Below are positions 37,934 to 46,174 of a stretch of DNA of 64,000 nt, piece by piece. A program made the translations under genes and the position numbers. Source of the DNA: Mayamaea pseudoterrestris (taxonomy: Eukaryota); contig BROI01000009.1 in assembly GCA_027923505.1 (NCBI GenBank), forward strand, positions 372,001 to 436,000, given 5' to 3'. The first letter of the stretch is position 1. Each line of letters starts with the position of its first letter. The notes beneath the pieces were generated by a model, which worked only from the letters and a program-made list of their open reading frames with translations, was not told the DNA's origin and made no database searches.

Positions 37934-40606
37934 ATGGACTGGATGAACGATTCCCTCTACTCCTCCTTCGCCAAGCAGGCCGAGCTAGCGCACGAGAGCG
38001 CGACACTCGCGCGGGCCGCCGTCGCATCCCTTGAAGACGACATAGCTTTCCTGCGCGACGACGAGGACAACTGCTCGCAACTTCTGCGGTTGTCGACAAC
38101 GCAGAAGGACAAGGACAAAGCCGCGAAAATGACCAAGCGCCTTGAAACGGTCAAGCAGAACATCCAGCAGAAAACCGAGGAGATAGCTGCTGCCAAGGAA
38201 TTCGCTGCAACCGCGGATGTCGGCGTCACACATGCCGATGCAGCGCTTGAAGCTGCTGGCAAGATCCTCAGTACCGGCGCCAGCGGTCAAGAATTTACTC
38301 TGGTAAAGGGAAAAGGGTCACCTACGACCGTCCAGACGGAGGCACTGGCGACCGCCATCACACCGTCTGCGACCAAGGCGAACAAGCGAGTCGCCCGCAT
38401 CCCAAAGGCGACCACCGCCACGCCCGCGCCGGCGACGACGTCAACGTCTCGACCTAGCACCGGCCGTACCAACCGGTCGAAGAAGACGTCGACACCCCTT
38501 GACGCTTTGCCTCCGCCCGATGACGACGCCAGCTCCCGCGATTCTCGTGAGATGGACGACGACTCGAGCATTGAAGAGGACCCCTACGCCGCCGACGTTG
38601 ACCTAACCGGGACGGAGATTGGTTTCCGACTCTTCGACACGGCCATCCATCCGGCGCAGCTCGAGCACGTTCAGTATGAGACGGTCAGTCTCGATGACCT
38701 CCTCGATGAGCAGAACAACTTTCGCCCTCGCTGGCGTACGACCCTCTTGTACCCGACGATTCGCCGTCAACTTGTGTCCCTAGTCTCGCTCCTCGACGTC
38801 GAGGGTACTCCGGCGTCGGCCCAACTCCTCGCTTTGTTCGACCGACTCGTCGCCGAGAACGCGCTGCACTTGTCCTTTATGGATAGCGCCACCAAGAATA
38901 AATTTGCCGTGTTTTCCGCTTCGCGCCTCCTCAAGAAGCTGGTCCAGTGTCGGCAGGTCGCTCTCACCGGCCGTGATGCCGACCGCGTCTTTCAGTTCCT
39001 ATTCCCGAGCAGCGATATATTGACCGCCATTCGCGCCGCCACTGCTGCCTCGCCGTTCTATGCAGCGGTCGGTCGGCCCTCATCATCGCCTCCAGCACCC
39101 GACCCTCACTACTTGCTGGGCCGCGGCGATGGACAAGTCCAGGTGCCTACCGCCGGCCGACATCCGTCCCCGGCACACCCGAAACGACAGTCTTTGTGGG
39201 ACGCGGCGACTCCTTTCATGTCAGCCGGCCTCGCTCCTTCTTTCGAGCGAGAAGCCCTTCTGGAGGAGCGCCAACGCAACCCGCCTCCGCATCATGTATC
39301 GCCTCACTGGGAGCACATTACATACCCTTCGCCGGACGAACTTACCATTGACGGCGACACCCAGCGCTTTCCTTACTGGCTTGCCTACTGCCCGGCGGCA
39401 TCTACCTCCGAGCCGGTCGCCATCTTTCCAATCCCGTACCATATTCCACTCATGGACCGTCAAATGGCCATGGCCGCGCTTCGCGATCATAGCCGCCTCG
39501 CTAGTGCGGAATCCTTGGCCAAGATTGCAAAGGCCAATAGCATGCCTGTCTACCACCCTCCGCCTGCTCCAGTCACCCCCGCGTCAGTCGAGGCCTCGCT
39601 GATCCAATGGTACAACTCGCTTGTCCTTTTCGGTCAAGCTCATGGCTTCTTTGTTCCTCCACTTCACACCATGATTGTGGATGTTCACCTTGGCGCATGG
39701 CGTCGTCATCTCGACGTCCACCAACACGGTCACACGGAAACCATTTGGCAGTCTCACCTTCTTATGTATCTTCAGAACCCCAAGACTGGTCTCAATACCG
39801 ACAAGGCTCCTGCCCGCGTCAAGAATTGCGTCGCCACGGCTACCAATGGCTATCATGCCCTTTATCTCCTTGGTACCGAAGCCAACAGTCGCATGCGCGA
39901 GCGCCCTACCCCGTTGGATATTCCTCGGCAGAAAGAGTCCCAGTCAGTCAGTGATTACCTTACGGACTGGATCACCTACTCAGCGAAGAAGCTCCTTTGC
40001 CTCACCATCTTTTCCGATCGGGGATTTGTAGACGGTTTTGTGGCCGGCCTCCTTCCAACCTATCACGAACGCTACGGCCTTCACCTTCTACACCGTCTGC
40101 GCTTTGAGTCTTGGGATCGCCCTCTCCCTCCCAAGTTTAATCCTACTTCTTTGCTCAACACCATGCGCGACATTATCGGCGAACCACACGGCAGCGACGC
40201 CCTCTACACCGCCCTCCGCCCTCCGGCGCCTTCCCGCTCGCTCGCTCTCCCGCCGTCCCTTACCCGCTCTGGTCGCCCGTTCAGCCCTCAAGCTACGCAT
40301 CAAGTCAGCTTTGCGGCCGATGACCTTCTGGATTCAGCCGACGAGGCCGCGCTTGTTGCCGCCCTCGAGAGCACCGGCCTGTATACCGTCCATGCTCTCG
40401 ATCGCGACCGGCCCCTGGCGCCCTGCCAATGGTGTCTTGAAGATCATCTCGCTTCCGCCATTTGCCCGTTGGTGGCCCGCCTCGGCAGTGGCTGCTCATC
40501 GGCTTCTATTGCCGCCCTCATCCGCAAGCTCGACGCCCACCATCGCTCCGTGTCGCGCCCTTCGGCTGCCCCGTCCGCTACGCCCGCGCCTTCGGATTTT
40601 CGCTAG
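37934..40606 (+). CDS. gag: Gag-like protein of element A (890 aa)
   Basis: First ORF after the PBS; N-terminal coiled coil, capsid-like PRQKESQSVSDYL, C-terminal CQWCLEDHLASAIC knuckle; ends in TAG. Confidence 0.8.
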   Translation: MDWMNDSLYSSFAKQAELAHESATLARAAVASLEDDIAFLRDDEDNCSQLLRLSTTQKDKDKAAKMTKRLETVKQNIQQKTEEIAAAKEFAATADVGVTHADAALEAAGKILSTGASGQEFTLVKGKGSPTTVQTEALATAITPSATKANKRVARIPKATTATPAPATTSTSRPSTGRTNRSKKTSTPLDALPPPDDDASSRDSREMDDDSSIEEDPYAADVDLTGTEIGFRLFDTAIHPAQLEHVQYETVSLDDLLDEQNNFRPRWRTTLLYPTIRRQLVSLVSLLDVEGTPASAQLLALFDRLVAENALHLSFMDSATKNKFAVFSASRLLKKLVQCRQVALTGRDADRVFQFLFPSSDILTAIRAATAASPFYAAVGRPSSSPPAPDPHYLLGRGDGQVQVPTAGRHPSPAHPKRQSLWDAATPFMSAGLAPSFEREALLEERQRNPPPHHVSPHWEHITYPSPDELTIDGDTQRFPYWLAYCPAASTSEPVAIFPIPYHIPLMDRQMAMAALRDHSRLASAESLAKIAKANSMPVYHPPPAPVTPASVEASLIQWYNSLVLFGQAHGFFVPPLHTMIVDVHLGAWRRHLDVHQHGHTETIWQSHLLMYLQNPKTGLNTDKAPARVKNCVATATNGYHALYLLGTEANSRMRERPTPLDIPRQKESQSVSDYLTDWITYSAKKLLCLTIFSDRGFVDGFVAGLLPTYHERYGLHLLHRLRFESWDRPLPPKFNPTSLLNTMRDIIGEPHGSDALYTALRPPAPSRSLALPPSLTRSGRPFSPQATHQVSFAADDLLDSADEAALVAALESTGLYTVHALDRDRPLAPCQWCLEDHLASAICPLVARLGSGCSSASIAALIRKLDAHHRSVSRPSAAPSATPAPSDFR

Positions 40607-43600
40607 CCCGGCAACAAGTTCATCTCCCTTGTTGTGAACGGGTTTCTGATATTCCCTGACGGAGCAGTTTCCGGACTTGAGCCTGGTTCAGCTCTCGTCT
40701 GCTCCGCTATTTCTTCCGACGTCTCCCTGGCCGCCCCACGGCCCGGCCATTCTACCAACCACTCCGCGTTGGAGTCCTTCTCTCTTGCGACTCCTTCACT
40801 TGCTCCTCCGTCCCAATCCTTGGATTCGGGGAGGGCCCCCAGTCCTCCAACCCTACGAGGAAATATCCCCGACCCCGGTTCTCAAATCCTTCAGGCCGAT
40901 TCACCCGATTCTCCGCCTCCACGCGGCGATCCTGCTGATCTGGACGCGCTGTCTCTGGAGGAACCGATTCCTTTTGGTTCATCGCCAAGTGTATCGCCCG
41001 TCCCATTCCTTGACGACACCGGCATGGGCGACGATGCTGCCGACGGCGCGTCGATGCGCAGCAACGATACGGCACCTCTACCACCCGGTACGCCGCCAGC
41101 CGCCGCACCTCCATCGCATTTCGTGGCTGCAGATAGCGCACCGATGCGTCATAACGATGCGACTTTACGCGGAAAGACGCGCATTGAGCAGGTCATTTGC
41201 GAGATGGAGATACTCGATCTCTCTACTAGCGCCCTCGACTGTCTCCTGGACGATACAGGGCCTACTAATGATGCGGACGACCTCGCGGATTACACCATCG
41301 ATGCCGAAGAATGCACGGCCTTTGCTGCTTTCGCGTCTAATCACGGCGACGCTTCCGCAGCAGACGACTTTCCTGTCCAACGCTTGCAGTCAGAACGCTT
41401 CTCGTCCGTTCCTTATCTGCCCGATGATGTGATTCTCGACTCGCTCGCAGCGGCTCAGTCTCCGGCCGATCGCGGACTGTACGAGTTTGCTCGCTTACGA
41501 CAGCAGAGGCCCACGCAGTCCGTCAATGATCTATATGCGATCCATCGGACCGCTTACGAGGAGCGTCTCGCCGACCGCGGTCACATGGACGCTGGCGCCG
41601 CACTGTCGACGACACCCAACAAACATTTGCTCTGGAACTATCGCGCAGTTGACGGACCAACGTTGGTAGTCGCCGATGGATCGCGGCACAAGGCCATCGG
41701 CTTCGGCTACGCCAAAGTACCGTGCCTTCCGCCTCACAAGTCCTGGCGGTTTGCTACTGCGCCGCCGGCGTATGAGTTCCTTCCCGTTTACCACACTCCT
41801 GGCGTCACTGCTACTATTCTGTCGCCTCACCATATCTCCAAGCATTTTCAATGCAATGGCCACCGCACCATCACGTCGTATGATATCTCCTCTTCGACGA
41901 TTGTGTTCTCGGCGTGCCGTAGCTCTGTCAGAGATATCGCCCTTACCCTCGACCTTGTCGGCGGTCTTACCTACACCGGTACCTGGTTTCGCCCGACCTT
42001 GGAAGAGCACTCCGCTCGCCTACCGCGCTCCGAGGAGTTTTGCTCGCACTTGGTGCGCGCTGAATCGCCTCCGGCTCCCTGCGCATGTGGAACCAGTCCT
42101 TGCCCGGCTTTTTCTGGTTTCTGCACGGTTATCGCACCGCCCGACCCGGTCTCCATGGCGGTGGATCTGCATACCCTGATCGGCGATCCCATTCAGTACA
42201 AGATCAACCATCTGACTCATCGTCAAGCCCTGGTTTTATGGCACCAACGCTGCGCCCATTTAAACGGACGACGGATGTCCAAGCTTTGGCAGCACGTTCG
42301 CGGGGTCCCCAAGCTACCTCTTGCCGATGGTCTTGACTCCTGTCCTACGTGTCAGCAGGCCAAACTAGCCCGCGCCGCGCGAGGACAGGAAGACTCCAGG
42401 CACGCCACTGTTCCCTTTCAAGGCCTGTCTATTGATTTCGGTTTCATGGTGCAGAAGTCCATCAATTCAGACCGTGTCCGCGACCTCACCGGTGTCAATG
42501 GAGAAACTTGCTACTGCCTCATTGAGGACCACTACTCCGGCGCCCTGTTTGCTCGCACTTTCCGTACAAAGGCTCCGCCGCTGGCCTATTTGGCTGAATT
42601 CTTTGCCGCACATAACCCCGGCGACGGCGTCGACCGCTACGTTCGCTTTGACCTCGGCGGTGAACTAGGCCGGTGTCCAGCCCTCGTCGATCTCTGCGGC
42701 GCCGCGGGTTACTCTGTCGAAACCACTGCTCCCGATTCTTCCCATCAAAATGGCCCAGTCGAGCGCTCGCATAGGACCATTGCAGCAGGAGTTCGCACCC
42801 TTTTGGTGGGCGCCGCACTGGAGCCAAAATATTGGCCGTACGCCCTACACCACTACTTGCGCATCTTCAATGCCACTATGCCGCGCGGCGAGGACCAGCG
42901 CACTCCCTACGAGCTTTGCACGGGCAACCAGCCGAATATGACGCATTTCAAGACCTTCGGTTGCCGCTTGTATGCCCTGCCTAGTCACGGCCGCTCCGCC
43001 AAGACGCTCAACGAGGCTCGTACCGGAGTCTTCCTCGGCTACGCCCGTACTACCAAGAACGCCCTGTACCTGGATCTCGCCAACGGCCAGGTCAAAACCT
43101 GCCAACATGTTGCGTTCGATGAATCTTTCAATGACCTTCCGTTCCATCTCAAACCGCCAAATGCGCAGCGCCTGGACAATCTCCGCGACGATGCCGAAGA
43201 TCCTCAAGAGGCTCCCATCCTCGAGCCAACCGATCTGGATCACTCCCTCCTTGAGCTCGACGTCTCCCCTAATATGTTCCACACTACCACCGCCGTGACT
43301 ATGGCACTCCATGACGCTTCCGTCGACTGTGATTTTGCTCAATGTGGTTCGATCAGCCGTCCCTACGTATCGGCGATCCATGCTCTACCTACCGCTCGCT
43401 TCCGCAGCCTGCCGGCCTTCCGCCGCCGCTTTCTTGGTTCCTACGTCGCCGCTGTTAACGGCACACCTGTGTTCACTGTGGAAGATGTCGCCGCTCAAAT
43501 AGCCGTAGTGGCTGCTACTGGCCTCCGCAGCGACGTTACTTTTGAGTTGGCTCCCGTCGGCCTCCCTGACCGCGCTCCTCGCCACACTCCTCTCCACTTG

Positions 43601-45577
43601 CGCCTCGCAGACATTCGTCGCATTAGTGCCTTAATTACTGTTGATGGGGAGGGGGACACCACTCGAGATTACGCTCAAAATCTGACGGATTACGCCCGTT
43701 TTCCCGATGATGCTGAGCTCCACGACGCTCTCCTGGCCACGCAGCGCTTAATCAACAGAATTCATAGTCCCTACCCGCTGCATCGTCTGCAGTCTACCAA
43801 TATGACCGACGAAGAACGCCGCCTTCCCAAACTCAACCGTTCGAGTCTCCGTCGGCTTAGCAATTGGTCTGAATGGGACGCCGCACACGACAAGCAACTG
43901 GACCAGCACTACAAGGACGGTACACTCGGTTTACCGACCGCCACCCCGCTTCCTGTCGATGGAAAACGACCGAATGTATTGCGAGTTGTGTGGTCATTCA
44001 TGGTAAAAGAGGATGGCCGACGGAAAGCTCGCTCTTGTATTGATGGTTCGAAGCGCGCCGCGCCCTGGCTGCGTCAATTTGCCGAGACGTACGCGTCATG
44101 CATCGAATTACCTTGCCAAAGGCTATTCTTTGCTCTGGCTGCCGCCAAGAACTATGTTGTTACCATCGCCGACACTACCAATGCCTACCAACAGTCGCCG
44201 GGGCCGTCTGAACAGTGTTACCTCCGCATTGACGACGCATATCGATCATGGTACCGGAAGCGACACGGAAAGGAGATTGACCCAGATACGCACGTGGTCC
44301 CCGTCCTGAAGGCTTTCCAAGGGCATCCCGAAGCAGGTCGCTTATGGGAGAGAATGATTGTCGGTATACTTACCAAGCTAGGCTTCAAGTCTACCACCCA
44401 CGAGCGCAACCTTTACCGCGGTACCGTGGACGGCGCCGATGTGATTATTTGTCGCCAAGTGGATGACTTCGCCGTAGCTACTGAAGCCGCGGCTACTGCC
44501 GACGCATTGATTAGCGCCATAAACGAGTTTGTCACCACCGAGAGTAAAGGCATTGGCGAGCCGCAGGCCAATTACGGGATTGTGACCCGCTACAACGGCG
44601 TGGATGTCATGCAGACTCGGGACTATATAAAGCTGCACTGTGAGTCGTACCTCGACCGTATCTTCCATAGTCATGGATGGACCGAGCCTTCCGCCGCAAC
44701 CACGACGGTCCCCATGAGTGCGGACATTGCCTCCAAAATCGACCGACTTGTTGGCCCCGTTGAAGGAACCGCTGAAGCCAAGGCGATCGAGGACGAGGCG
44801 AAGTTCTCCTATCGCCAGCTACTTGGCGAATTGACGTACGCCTATGTAATATGCCGCCCCGACATTGGCTACGCCGTCACCTTCCTCAGCCGCTTCGCCC
44901 GTAATCCTGCGGCAGAGCACTTCGCTGCCTTGAAGAATGTCTGTCGGTACCTGCGTGGCACGAAGTCATGGGGCATCATGTATTGGCGGCCATCGCCACG
45001 CGCGGATCTGCCGCAAGTTGATCATGTTTTTCCGTCGCAAGATCCGGATGCCGTTCAACTCCCGACGTTTCCATCTACTCGCGCGCTGGAGCTAGTGGGC
45101 TACGTTGATGCTGCGCATGCGACGGACTCCACCACGAGGCGCTCCGTTACCGGATACTCCTTCAATCTTGCAGGCGGTGCCGTGGCGTACAAGTCGAAAC
45201 TGCAAGCCACCGTTGCCACGTCGTCTACCGAAGCAGAATTCATCGCTGCGGTGCATGCAGCCAAAACGGCCAAATATCTGCGTTCCGTTCTCGAAGACTT
45301 GGGGTTTCCTCCTCCGGGACCGACGCTCCTTTACGAAGATAATCAAGCCACCATTGCCATGGTTAACAGCAACCGGCCTACCGTACGCTCTCGCCACATC
45401 GACGTGCAGTACTTTGCCATTCAAGAGTGGCGAGCGCGGCGTATCGTTGAACTCGCCCATCTGCCCGGCGTCATCAATCCTGCCGACCAATTGACCAAGG
45501 CACTCGGCTGGATTCTCCATGCCCGACATGCCCGTCGCACTATGGGACATTTTGGCCCACCAACTGCGATCAAGTAA
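40607..45577 (+). CDS. pol: Pol polyprotein of element A (protease, integrase, PDZ-like region, RT, RNase H), in frame with gag
   Basis: PR HMDAGA; IN WHQRCAH..CPTC, SIDFG, RFDLGGEL, NGPVER; RT ADTTNAYQQ, LKAFQGHPEAG, RQVDD; RH YVDAAHA, SSTEAEF, EDNQA, RHIDV, NPADQLTK. Confidence 0.95.
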   Translation, partial: PGNKFISLVVNGFLIFPDGAVSGLEPGSALVCSAISSDVSLAAPRPGHSTNHSALESFSLATPSLAPPSQSLDSGRAPSPPTLRGNIPDPGSQILQADSPDSPPPRGDPADLDALSLEEPIPFGSSPSVSPVPFLDDTGMGDDAADGASMRSNDTAPLPPGTPPAAAPPSHFVAADSAPMRHNDATLRGKTRIEQVICEMEILDLSTSALDCLLDDTGPTNDADDLADYTIDAEECTAFAAFASNHGDASAADDFPVQRLQSERFSSVPYLPDDVILDSLAAAQSPADRGLYEFARLRQQRPTQSVNDLYAIHRTAYEERLADRGHMDAGAALSTTPNKHLLWNYRAVDGPTLVVADGSRHKAIGFGYAKVPCLPPHKSWRFATAPPAYEFLPVYHTPGVTATILSPHHISKHFQCNGHRTITSYDISSSTIVFSACRSSVRDIALTLDLVGGLTYTGTWFRPTLEEHSARLPRSEEFCSHLVRAESPPAPCACGTSPCPAFSGFCTVIAPPDPVSMAVDLHTLIGDPIQYKINHLTHRQALVLWHQRCAHLNGRRMSKLWQHVRGVPKLPLADGLDSCPTCQQAKLARAARGQEDSRHATVPFQGLSIDFGFMVQKSINSDRVRDLTGVNGETCYCLIEDHYSGALFARTFRTKAPPLAYLAEFFAAHNPGDGVDRYVRFDLGGELGRCPALVDLCGAAGYSVETTAPDSSHQNGPVERSHRTIAAGVRTLLVGAALEPKYWPYALHHYLRIFNATMPRGEDQRTPYELCTGNQPNMTHFKTFGCRLYALPSHGRSAKTLNEARTGVFLGYARTTKNALYLDLANGQVKTCQHVAFDESFNDLPFHLKPPNAQRLDNLRDDAEDPQEAPILEPTDLDHSLLELDVSPNMFHTTTAVTMALHDASVDCDFAQCGSISRPYVSAIHALPTARFRSLPAFRRRFLGSYVAAVNGTPVFTVEDVAAQIAVVAATGLRSDVTFELAPVGLPDRAPRHTPLHLRLADIRRISALITVDGEGDTTRDYAQNLTDYARFPDDAELHDALLATQRLINRIHSPYPLHRLQSTNMTDEERRLPKLNRSSLRRLSNWSEWDAAHDKQLDQHYKDGTLGLPTATPLPVDGKRPNVLRVVWSFMVKEDGRRKARSCIDGSKRAAPWLRQFAETYASCIELPCQRLFFALAAAKNYVVTIADTTNAYQQSPGPSEQCYLRIDDAYRSWYRKRHGKEIDPDTHVVPVLKAFQGHPEAGRLWERMIVGILTKLGFKSTTHERNLYRGTVDGADVIICRQVDDFAVATEAAATADALISAINEFVTTESKGIGEPQANYGIVTRYNGVDVMQTRDYIKLHCESYLDRIFHSHGWTEPSAATTTVPMSADIASKIDRLVGPVEGTAEAKAIEDEAKFSYRQLLGELTYAYVICRPDIGYAVTFLSRFARNPAAEHFAALKNVCRYLRGTKSWGIMYWRPSPRADLPQVDHVFPSQDPDAVQLPTFPSTRALELVGYVDAAHATDSTTRRSVTGYSFNLAGGAVAYKSKLQATVATSSTEAEFIAAVHAAKTAKYLRSVLEDLGFPPPGPTLLYEDNQATIAMVNSNRPTVRSRHIDVQYFAIQEWRARRIVELAHLPGVINPADQLTKALGWILHARHARRTMGHFGPPTAIK

Positions 45578-45676
45578 GACTCCTGTAGCTCCCGACGACC
45601 CTGTCGAGCAACGTTATCTCGTTCGTCAGCACGGAGTCTCTGCCCAGACCTGCTCTTTCTTGGCTTCATGACGCTT

Positions 45677-45690
45677 AAAGCCGGGGAGGG
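45677..45690 (+). promoter_or_regulatory. Polypurine tract of element A
   Basis: AAAGCCGGGGAGGG immediately before the 3' LTR TGTTG. Confidence 0.85.
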
Positions 45691-46174
45691 TGTTGGAACA
45701 TGTCTGGGAACACAGTAATTTAGCTACCTTCGGTGATCCGGTTATGAGGGCTTGGCCGCGTCAGTCGGCGGGCACCACTGGCTGGACCTCAGGACCGATG
45801 AACCGGACCATCGATGTGATCATCTTTCTTCGAACCCTTTAATCTAAAAGCATGCCATAGACCTATTGTTATACCTAACAGTAAGCCTATAAAGCCTTCA
45901 GCTATATACCTAGGATTACTCCCAGTTGATTAAGAAGCGGGAACGCGGACATCAACAGGCAAGTACCCAGTGGCCTCACCGATCCATCGGCCACGAACCA
46001 GACTGTGCAACTGCTGCACAAATTGACCGGAGACGGACAAGCTAACCGGGAACGGCTAGTCTGCAGTTGACACAGCCTATCAGATTGCAACCGGATTCAT
46101 TGAGTAGCGTCAGTGATACTAAATCCGCTGCGACACCAAGACCAAGCTCACCGCTGTGCAAGCTTGTTCTAACA
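45691..46174 (+). repeat. 3' LTR of element A
   Basis: 484 bp copy of 37404-37887. Confidence 0.97.

Larger units (their letters stand above)
37404..46174 (+). mobile_element. Full-length Ty1/copia LTR retrotransposon (CoDi-like), element A
   Basis: Two 484 bp LTRs (TG...CA), PBS, PPT, gag and pol with PR-IN-RT-RH domain order. Confidence 0.97.

Noticed and set aside
40594..40659. -1 frameshift as the route to Pol
   Set aside because: The -1 frame stops at 40657-40659 and the +1 frame at 40635-40637; only frame 0 continues into protease.
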